A stretch of DNA of 64,000 bases from Octopus vulgaris. Taxonomy: Eukaryota. Below are positions 37,504 through 49,500 of this stretch, piece by piece. Position 1 is the stretch's first letter; each line of letters starts with the position of its first letter. The position numbers were made by a program, and so were the translations under genes. The DNA lies in NCBI GenBank assembly GCA_951406725.2, contig OX597815.1:114700001-114764000 (forward strand). Direction: 5' to 3'. The notes under the pieces were generated by a model that searched no databases, was not told the DNA's origin, and saw only the letters and a program-made list of their open reading frames with translations.

Positions 37504-40500
37504 CATGAGATAGTAAATGAAGGAAAGCAGAGTCAATTCATAATATAGTTATAAATTCATAGTAATCCTTTTAATTTTGGTATGAAAAATACATCAATAT
37601 TTGATAAGTGGATACAGAGTAGATATTTGACATTATAAAAAAATTCATGATAATAGGCAAGTTAGCTTGATTCCCAACTGTTCCCAAGAGGAGTTGAAGT
37701 GTTTTCCAGGCAGATAGTTCACCTTGATTTATTGCTACTTCATTGAAATCATAAAGCACATATGCACACACAGAGTTTCTTCATAGCATTCCGGAATACT
37801 TTAGGACATGCCAATCCCTTCATTACTTTGACAGGGTAACTCTTTTGATACTAATTGAAAGAAAGGGTTAGTAAGTGCAGCAAACAGTTGTAATTAAAAG
37901 TATGCTGGTTCAGATTCTTCTATATTACCCTAATTACAAAATACTGCTTGAGATATTTGAATATAGGTCTTTGTTCTACTGACTAGTGTTAAGAGGATCA
38001 ACTAACTTAGATATTTACATGTGATATCATTGTTGTTTTTATTATAGTGTTGCATACGTTTTACATTCATACATATGGAAGGGACTTTTTTGTCTTGTTA
38101 CTTGGCGACCTCACTCAGTACATTCTGTAGAGACCGTTCCAAAGCAGACATTAAAGTTCAATGCAGTTTTCTGGCTTGTTTGATCCTGTTGAACTGTCCA
38201 ACCCCTGCTGGCAGATATTAAATCAGGATGATCATCTTGCACTCAGTGACCTGAATAAAACAGAAGTTTGGCTACAATGCTTTGTCGCTATGAGTACAAA
38301 AATAGTTTAGGCACTAATAGGTGTAGGTGTGGCTGTGAGGTTAAGAATCTTGTTTCCCAACCATGTGGTCTTGAGTTCAGTTTCACTGCACAACAACTTG
38401 GGTAAATGCCTTCTACTATAGTCCCAAGCTGACCAAAACCTTGAGTGAATTTCGTAGACAAACTGAAAGAAGCTTATATATGCATGTGTGTGTTTGTATG
38501 TATCTTTGTCAAGATATGCAATAGTTTTAAATGAGCATCATTATCATAAAAGCAAGGTTATTCATTTCCAGTGTTGCACGAGAAACATCTCTAGCTATGG
38601 GAAAATATTACCTTGTTTAGAAACAGGTGAGGGTTGGATGAGAGGAAAGGCTTCTGATTGCAGAAAATCTGCCTCAACAAATTCCATCTGACCATGCAAG
38701 CATGGAAAAGTGAACTTTAAATGATGATGATGACTAATGATGCTAAACAAATAACATTTTATTTCCATCAAAAGTATGATGGCCATAGGAAAAAATTTTG
38801 TTATAATAAAACTCTTGGCAATCAAAGAAATTAATTTTAGCCACATAAGATCTCTTATATCATCAGTTCATTGTCAAAAGAAATTAATGATTACTGAAAG
38901 AGTCAGATTTTTATATTGTCAAAATCAAAGTTCTTCTTAAGGATTAGGTAAATCAACTCATTTTTAATAATTTGAAAAAAATGAGAATTGATGAACACAC
39001 CGTCAAAGTTGATGTAATTCAAATGAGACTCGTAGATGACATAGAATCAACTGAATGTGTATAAAAAGAAAGACATTAAAATAGATTAAATCAAGTGATC
39101 CAAAGTTGAAATCATGCATTGAATTCATTCTACAACTTACAATTTCTATATTTCTATATATCATATGACTGAAACAAAAGCAAAATATAGAAAGTATTAA
39201 TGGCTTTGATTATAATATTGTGTCACATGTTGATAGAAACAAATACAAATCTAATTATAATTGTTGCTTTTGTGGGTAAAAACATGTACTATTAAAATGG
39301 CTTACAATTGGTAAAACTTGTAAGTTTGGCACTTATTCTTTCTGTGTCTTTAACCAAACAGCTAACTTAACAGGATGTAAACAAACCAACACCAGTTGAG
39401 AAGCAGTAGTGGAGTAACAAATACAAATATGCACGTGCACACACACACACACATGCAGATATATATATATACATACACACACAGACAAGATGACAAAGGA
39501 CCAAGATACTTGGTGCCTTGCTATGTTGAAAGTGACCTGTCCTCCACAGCAGAAGTGTTAAGGCTGCTCCTATGTCTGATGCCAGCTGATTTTTCTTTGA
39601 AGGAGATTGGGATGAATCAACCTGCAAAGGATGATTGGCAAAACTGACCTCAACTGGGTTTAAATCCAGAGCACAGAGAACCAAAATGAATACTGCAATA
39701 TTTTATCTGTAACATTTTAACTATTCTGCCAATATGTTTTTGTTAAAGATTGGTGAATTGTCTTTTGGGAGAATGTGGACAAACAAAGGAATCGGTGTTT
39801 AGTTATGAGAATTCATCATTATCATATATCCATTATTCTATGCTAACATGGATGAATTATGAATGTAAAACCATCAATGATTAGGAAGCAACCAGGACGT
39901 TTTCTTGGGCATGTCAGTTTCTATGGGAGATATTTGTTTAATGTTCATTTTCCCATGCTAGGGTGCATGAGGACTTGGTTATGAAAGGTTTTTGAGGCAA
40001 GATGCTCTTCCTGTTGCCAACCCTCAACTATTTTTTCAAGTAAGGGATTTGTTTTGGTTTTTTTTTATTGCACTGGTCTTCAAAATACACAGCAACTGCT
40101 CATAAGGCAAAGAAGATAAACATCATATGACCGGTAGTAACAAGTGAAACCAAGGAATGTCAGTATCCATACATTTGAGTGCACACACACACACACATAC
40201 ATATATAAATGGCTTCCTGTAGTTTCCACTTACCAAATTTACTCACAAGACATTGATCAGCCTGATGCTATTGTGGAGAACTCTAGCCCAAAGTGCAGTG
40301 CAGTGGGTTCAACTTGAAACCACATGGTTGCAAAGTGAACTTCTTAACCTCATAGCCATGCCTAATGCTATATATTTGATCATTATTTGGTTCACATGTT
40401 GTCTCTTACATTGTTTCACAAAATTAATGTTAATATCAAAGTGCAGAATTGGTCCAGAGTTGACATCTCAAAAGAGGTCATAGCAGAAATTTAGATAATG

Positions 40501-43500
40501 AAAGAGACACTTTGGTGATTATATGGTGTATTCAAAGAGTGTAGCATTTTTGTTTGGCTGGAAATATTCATTAGTCCTAGAATTTATTTTTAGCAAAATC
40601 TGTGGTTTCCCAAAATTATCATTTGTATGTATTATTAGGTAAATCATACAAACGACGGTTCTTCATTATGGAATGTTTTATGTAAAAAAAAAAAAAATCT
40701 GAAATACCACCAGTTGATGCGTTATCATTGTTGGCATTTAGTCATATTATTATTTTGGATGGATGTAACGATGATGATGGTTTATCATGATGTAGAAACT
40801 GTTATATATTATTTGCTGTATTAAGAAAAGTTTAAATAGTAATTAAACCAATTGTTGTTCCATTGCCATAAAGGTTGTTTGAGTCAATTAAATGTAAATT
40901 AACAATCAGATAGTATCTTATGTAATCGAGAATTAATTGTTCTTCCAATGTTTTGAGAACATTGATGATAAAAGAAGTGCATAATGGTGTATATTGTGGC
41001 CCAGAGGCTACAAGAAATTGGTTAAAAATGGAAATATGATAGCCAGGTTACTGTGAAGGTGTGAAATACTATGTAAGATGTATGAAGTGTGCTAGGATAA
41101 AACTGATATTAGCTTCATACAGTGCACACATGGCCTAAAGAAACTGAGGTGTTGAAATGAGGGTATATTGATAACATTTGTCAAATTTAGGACTGTTCTT
41201 AATACTTTGCTGATGTATAACCCTGGCTGCAGCGCTACATTAACCATTACACAAAATAAGCAGGTGCTTAGGGCATCAAGGGACGGGGGCACCACAGAAA
41301 TGAAAATGGTTTACAGCATGAAAGAAATCCCTTTAAACTTGCTGAAATATTCTACCAAGTATAGAAGCAGAAGTTTTACGTAAAATTAATTTTAACGATA
41401 TCATTGAAAACTTTGCAATTAAAAAAAAATGAAGGAGAATACTGTTCAAATATAAGTGGGAGCATACAAAATTAAACATTATTTTCCATTTTACTGTTAA
41501 TTTTGTTTCATTTTGAAAAATAAAAATTTATTTTATGGTTTATTATTGTTTACATTTTGAACCATTTGCATATACTTGAGGACACCAAAGCCTTCTAAGT
41601 GCTTAGGGCCTCTATGGGCCTTAATTTGGCCCAGGCTGAGTGGCTGGAAGTCATAACATGTAAAAACAATGGAGCTGATGCAATTAAGCAGTTATTAACA
41701 ACTATGTTCTAGAAATGTTTAGTGTTAGACAAATCCTTTTGATACTATGATAATGACATATGTACTTGGCTTAATAAGATTGGATATAAACCTATATAAA
41801 TACTGCAATATCATCTAGAATGGATGATAAGTTACTGGGAGAATGGTTTCACATATTGCTATAGGCTTAAAAGAATATCTACAAAGTAAATATTCTATTA
41901 ATTTATATTTGAGCCATGTGCATTTGAGTTATCAGGTACTCCCTCATTCAAGGAAATTTTCTTGGACAATCACTAAAACTGTAACTCCCATTTGGTATCA
42001 GGGTATGAGAAATGATGAACTGCACTAGGTTAGACATATATCTCAAGCAGATAATAAATAATACAGTTGTGATTCTTAAAAATTAATCATGCAAATTAAA
42101 TAAGCAATGATTTAAATATTGAAGGTGGAAAAAATGTAGAATCAGTTCGTCACTGCAAGTGTCAGACACAGTTCTCATAACAAAAGGAATTAAATTAATT
42201 CATTTCTGCGAGACATGATATTGTTATATTAACATTATTGCCGCCTTAACTTTAATTTAAATGCTTACATATGATCAAGACTATTTAAGATATCTACCAG
42301 TTCAATGTTTGAAAGCTTGGCTATTAAATTGAATAAAGTTTTTTTTTTAATATCATATGCTATAAATTACATATTCAACTAATACTCTCTTTTACTTTCA
42401 GGTGGAATTATTTATTGCCCCTACTGTGAAAAAAGAAGCTTCACCAAATCTTCATATGCCAGACTTTTTAAAGAAAGAGGTAAATTATACATTTATTCTT
42501 TTGCTGATTTCTGTCATTTGACTGTTACCATGTTGGGACACTCTACCCAACTCAAAGGTTTACTTAATCATATCAACCCCAGTGCTTTATTTCGGTATGA
42601 CACTTACTTTATCAATTTATACTTATCAACTATTATGTTATGGAAGATAAAGGTGTAGACGGTATGACTATAAATGCACATAGACACATACTTATACAGA
42701 ACTCTGTTCTGTGTCTATATACATACATAGTCAAGGGAATAGCAGAAAAGAAGTTTGCCAATGTTCAGTGACATGAGGACCAAACAACTGAAGTATTTCA
42801 GATTGCAAGACAGAGTGAGAGAAAATTATTTTGTCATAGGAGAGAAATGTGTCCGCATGGATGATGGTGCCCTTGCATTTAATGATTCTGCAAAAAAGAG
42901 GCTTGGAGATGCCATTATGAAAGACAGCTGAATGTGGAGAATGAATGGGAGGAGGAGAATCTGCCAAAGGTTGACCCAATTGAGGGACCAGCTACCTGAA
43001 TCGACAGTACCCTGGTAGATAAAGCAATTAAGGATGTGAAGACAGGGAAAGCACCTGGCCCATTGGGAATCACCACTGAGATGCTTAAAATATCGGGCAG
43101 TGGGGGTTATGGTCTTGTTACCCGCATTGTAAATCAGGTACTTCATGAAGGAGTCATACCCAATGACTGGTGTAGCAGCACCTTAGTCAACTGCTACAAG
43201 GGGAAAGGTGATGTCTTAGATAGAAATAACTACAGGAGTATCAAATTATTGGATCAGGTGATGAAAGTTACAGAGAGGGTCATAGCCCAACTAATTAGGG
43301 AGAGAGTTAGCCTAGATGAGATGCAGTTTGGTTTTGTGCCAGGCAGAAGTACCACTAATGCTATATTTCTGGTAAGGCAACTTCAGGGTAAATATCGAGC
43401 CAAAGATAAACCTCTGTACTTGGCTTTTGTTGACTTGGAGAAAGCCTGGGGATAGACGAGTGGTTGGTAAGAGCTGTACAGGGCTGCTATCAGTAAGGTG

Positions 43501-46500
43501 AAGGTTGGCAACAAGTATAGTGAAGAATTTCAGGTAGAAGTAGGGGTTTATCAAAGATCAGTCCTCAGTCCCCTCTTATTCATTATAGTCTTCCAGGCAA
43601 TAACAGAGGAATTCAAGACAGGCTGTCCCTGGCAGCTCCTCTATGCTGATGACCTTGCTCTAATAGCTGAACTAGAGACGAGGTTTAGGGTGTGGAAGCA
43701 AGGTCTAGAATCAAAAGGCCTTAGGGTTAACCTAGGCAAAACCAAAGTCTCAGTAAGTAGGAAGGCTGTCAAATCACAAACCTCTTCAGGTAGATGGCCC
43801 TGCTCGATCTGTAGAAAAGACGTGGGTAGAAACTCAATACAGTGTACCCAGTGTAAGCTATGGACACATAAAAGGTGCAGTAATATCAAAGGAAGGTTAA
43901 CTGAGTAGATAGTTTTTGTGTGAAGCAGATGCACAGGAGCAATAAACACTGAAGATGTACAGTAAACAGATTCCATCACATGCCAGTGGGAAAAACTAGA
44001 AGTAGTTAATAGCTTCCACTACCTAGGCAATCAAGTCTGTGGTTTCTCTGAGAGTGTAGCGGCTAGAATAAGAATAGCCTGGGCAAAGTTCAAGGAGCTC
44101 CTACCTCTACTGGCAACTAAGGGTCTCTCACTCAGGATGAAAGGTAGACTGTATGATGCATATGTGCGAACTGGCATGCTACACGGGAGTGAAATATGGG
44201 CCATGACTGCTGAGGACATGCGTAGGCTTGAAAGAAATGAACTAGTATGTTCTGTTGGATGTGTAATGTCAGTGTGCATACACGACACAGTGTAAGTGCC
44301 CTGAGAGAAAAGTTGGGTATAAGGAGCATCAAATGTGATGTGCCAGAGAGACAACTGCTCTGGTATGGTCATGTGTTACATATGAGGACAGCTGTGTGAG
44401 GAAGTACCACTCCCTAACTGGAAGGAACCTGTGGAAGAGGTAGACCCAGGAAGACATGGGATGAGGTGTTGAAGCATGACCTTTGAACATTGGGCCTCAC
44501 AGAGGCAATGACAGGAAATTGAGGCCTTTGGAGATATGCTGTGCTTGAGAAGATCCAGCAGCTAAAGTTAGATGACAGCCATGGCCAATGCCAGTGTTGC
44601 ATGTCTGGCCCATTTAAGAGTACCCTTGATGCGTCAGGTGATATGATAGGCTTGAGAAGACCTGTTGAATCAAGTAAAATCAAAGCCAAAATCATTAACT
44701 GTGGCCAGTGCCCTCTGACTAGCTCCCGTTCCAGTGGCACATAAAATGCATCATCCAAACGTGGTCGATGCCCGTGTCCCCTGACTGGCTCCTGTGCTGG
44801 TGGCATGTAAAAAGCACCCTCTGAGTGTGATCAATGCCAGGACCGCGTGACTGGTCTCCATGCCGGTGGCACATAAAAAGCACCATCTGAATGTGGCCGA
44901 TGCCAGTACCCACTGATTGACTCCTGTGCTGGTGGCATGTAAAAGGCACTATCCAAACGTGATTGATGCCAGGCCCACCTGACTAGCTCCTGTGCCGGTG
45001 GCACGTAAAAAGCACCCAATACACTCTCGGAATGGTTGGCATTAGGAAGGGCATCCAGCAGTAGAAATATTTACAGATCAGATTGGAGCCTGGTGCAGCT
45101 GCCGGCTCTCTCAACCTTGGTCAAATTGTACAACCCATGCCAGCATGGGAAACCTGTTAAACGATGATGATATATGACAAGCTTCTGCAGTTTTCACCTA
45201 TCATGCTCATCCTCAGAGTATTGGGCAATATAAAGCTATAATAGAACATGCTTATCCAAGGTGACCCACATTGGAATCAAAATGAATACCATTTGTTTGT
45301 GAAGTGAACTTCTTAATCACACAAACATACCTGTGTGTATTTATTTACATAGAATACTTATATACTGTTGGTACTGAATTGTATTTTTTGGGAGTTGAGA
45401 ACAGTGTCAGTTATGAATGACTATATATGTGTATGTGAAGGCGCATGGCTCAGTGGTTAGAATGTCAGGCTCCCAATCATGAGGTAGTGAGTTTGATTCC
45501 CGGACTGGGCTGTGTTGTATTCTTGAGCAAATCACTTTATTTAACATTGCTCCAGTTCACTCAGCTGTAGAAATGAGTTGTGATATCACTGGTGCCAAGC
45601 TGTATTGGCCTTTGCCTTTCCCTTGGATACATCAATGTCATGGAGAGGAGAGGCTGGTATGCATGGGCGACTGCTGGTCTTCCATAAACAACCTTGCTCG
45701 GACTTGTGCTTTGGAAGGGAACTTTTAGATGCAAACCCATGGTTGTTCATGACCAAAGTGGGTTTTTACCCTTTTATGCATATGCAGTCATAGACATACA
45801 TCTCTAATCTAGCTATGGAATAGAGCCCTTGGGTTAGACCACAAGTTCCTTTTTTGGCAATTTGGAATGAGGGTTTAGCTGACTAGTTTTACTATCCTTT
45901 TGCCAAGTATAAATAACAGAGAGCAACTAATTAAAAGAGAAACCAGCTTCTGCCAAGTGCAACTCATTTAGAGAATGCATTAAAGTTGACTGTTTGATAT
46001 TAATTACTCGAGTACTAATACTACCAGTTACAAATAAAAATCTAGGATGACAGAAATCTCATTTCACAGGAAACTAAATGCATATGGATATGTACATCTT
46101 TATTCATATATTGTGTATATACGCTTTTTCTTTCATTATCATTTGCAGTGAAGAAAGCAATTGTTTAAATCTTATTGAAGGTCTTCTTGAATCAAAATGA
46201 TTGAATATTAACTTAATGTTGTAGAGTTTGAAGGGTTGGAAGTCAATATATTGCAGGAACACTCAAAGAGAGAAGATAAGTGAATTTAGATTCATTTTGG
46301 AGCAGCACTGAATGATGGAACATATTTGATGTTAATGGTTGCTCCTGATAAAACTATTTCTTAATTCTAAAGAATGTTTTAGTTTCTTTTAAAAATATAA
46401 GCCTACAAGAGAAGTCAGTCAGAAACAATGGTATAACTGACTTCTAAAAACTTTTGTTTCAACATGTGAAGTTTGCAGCTATTTACGAATTTTAGTTTGG

Positions 46501-49500
46501 TACTGTCCTTCTCTGCTGCATATCTGAATACACACAAGATGGATAACTCTGTTTTACTTTGAGTAACCTAAGAAACTTGGTACACAAGATTTAAGTTTTA
46601 AAATTACTTTTTAAGCCCATTTATTGATTGAATATTTCTTTTCAGTGTTGACAGGATTTTATTCAGTTTATTTTTTACCCCTTCATACTTCAAAGTAATA
46701 TGTGTTAAGACTCTTAACACATATCACTTTGAAGCTAACTTGTATGTTATTTTATCATTTAGGGCAAAGGTTCTGATTACTTAGTATTATGGCTGGATTG
46801 TGATAAAGAAGGTGAGAATATCTGCTTTGAAGTCATTGATGCTGTTCTTCCTGTTATGAAGAGGAATTCTGACAAGGTAATACAAAAATGTATTTCATTA
46901 GATTTTCTAACTCTGCTTACCTCAGCTTACATGACAGAGAATATCTTCTTCCCTATCCCATGCATGTTGTTAAAGTATCCGACTGTAAACACCCATTCCA
47001 CTCCTGCTAGCTTGGAAAAAATGGATAAAGTAAAATAATGAAGTATGTCAATTATATGTAATAGAAAACTAAAACTGGATTTGGAGTAGAACTTTAGAAT
47101 TTGGGTTTTACACGTAAAATTGAAATAACTACTTAGATGCCACTATTTCTGAATATGGTGTGTCCACCACCAACTGCATGTAACTCACTTGAATGATATC
47201 AGCTACAACTCTGCTTCAAGATGAGCAGTACATCCTTGTTCTTATTAGCTTACAACAGCTTCCACATAACTCTTCTGTGTACGAAGTAAGTCATGAGATT
47301 TTTCCTGTCTCGCATACATGTGTATTTGGTACGCATTCACATGCAGATTAATCAATGTTACTACTTGCCAGCATTTGTTTTATTTAAATAAAGTTTACAA
47401 TGTTCCGTTGTAAATGAACTGCCTTCTGAACATTCTTTATTCACACTTATTAAAAAGGACATTGAAATGGATTCTATCCATGAGAGAATCCATGTCAAAG
47501 GAAGAGATGTTGCTTCTATGCTGTCAAATCTGCAACTATGTCATCATCTAGCTATTTCCATTTAAAAAAAAAAATTTTAACCTTTCAGCTTTTACAAATG
47601 AATATGAGTGTTAAATTAAGAATAAATTTTCTTTTTTCCAGAACATATATCGTGCTCACTTTAGTGCTATCACAGAATCAGATGTGAAGCGAGCTATGAA
47701 TAACTTGGGTACACCTAATGAGAATGAAGCAATGTCAGTTGATGCCAGACAAGAGTTAGATCTGCGAGTTGGTTGTGCCTTCACTCGATTCCAAACCAAA
47801 TTCTTTCAGGTATATTATAATATAAATCAAATGAACAGAATTTTACTTTTATCAGTAATAATTTATGCAGGACTTTCTCAAGAACCAAATATCATCAAAC
47901 CAACCATTCACTTCAATTGTTGAGTATGCATAGAATAAGTAGTTTCTTTTCCACACATGTTCCTTTCATAATAACATTTCCAAGACTCTGTCTTCCCAGT
48001 GTCAGAAGTTATTTTCTTTTTGTGACTTCCCACCTTTCTTTCTTAACATATTAACTCCACCTATAATAGTCTTTCCAGAAATTTATCTCACATTTATGGA
48101 TTGAAGAAACTTAAAATTATTAATTAATTTACTTAATTGCTCTTCTAGTTTATCTATTAAACAACATAATCCTCTTATGAAAACTTCTTGTATTAAACAT
48201 TTTAAATTTGATTTGTTAAGTAGAATGCATCTTTTACAGGGCAAGTATGGCAATTTGGATAGTACTTTAGTGTCATATGGTCCTTGTCAATCACCTACAT
48301 TGGGCTTCTGTGTGGAGCGGCATGATAAAATCCAATCATTTAAACCTGAAACCTATTGGATCATTAATGTACAGGTAAATCCTTTATCTTGTATGAATGT
48401 TTCATTTCTTATTGTTTTTGTGTTATTGGTATCACAGTGACATGAACTGATGCTATAACTAAATATTTTAACAAGCTCCATATTGCATTTCAATAAAGGA
48501 TCCACATTCTTCAGTCAAATATTTTAAGGAAAATTACTCACATCCAAATACATTCTGATTTCTGAATGAAGTGTAAGGTTCATCAATGCATATTTGATAT
48601 GAGGGTTTTATATACATACATACATATTTAGGTCACCACCTTGAAGTGTTTAGTAGAACAACTTGACCCCAGTACTTTTTTAAAGTCTGGTACTTATTCT
48701 ATTGGTCTTTTTTTTGCCAAAATGCTAAGTTAGAGCGTTGAAAACAAACTAACACCAGTGGTCAAGTGATGATAGGGACAAGCACACACACACACACACA
48801 TATGTAGAGATAAATATAGATACAATGGGCTTCTTTCAGTTTTAGTCTGTCAAATCCACCCATGAAGCTTTGGATGGTCCACAGCTATAGTAGAAGACTG
48901 AACCTGGAACCACATATTCTAAAACTGAAGCAATGCGGAGAAGATAAGCATGGCCCTAAGCAAGGATATGTAAATTCGTGAAGCATTCCATATCTTTTTT
49001 ATACTATCATTAAGATGATGTGCTGGCAAAATGTTAGCATATCAAACGAAATGCTTAGTGGAATTTACCCCAAGTCTTTATATTCTGAGTTTAAATTCTC
49101 CTGAGGTCAACTTTACCTTTCATCCTTTTGCAGTTAGTAAAATAAGTACCTGTTGAGCACTGGAATTGATGAACTAAACTAACACACATCCCCAAAATTG
49201 CTGGCCTTGTGCCAAAATTTTATGCCATTATTATTGTTGTAAAAGTGGTGAGCTAGCAGAATCGTTAGAATGCCGGGCAAAATGCTTAGTGGTATTTCAT
49301 CTATAGCTATGTTCTGAGTTCAAATTCCACTGCAGTCAACTTTGCCTTTTATCCTTTCAGGGTCGATACATCAAGTACCAGTTAAGTACTGGGGTCGATG
49401 TAATCGACTATCCCCCTCCCCCAAATTTCAGGCTTTGTACCTATAGTAGAAAGGGTTGTTGTTGTTGATTGACCAATACTGTCTGGGTAAAATTGGTAGA

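Noticed and set aside
44716-45016. CRISPR-like array (conserved block of about 37 nt plus variable block of about 29 nt, 66-bp period)
   Set aside because: The variable blocks are homologous to each other, the array sits in a LINE 3' UTR of an animal genome, and no cas genes are present
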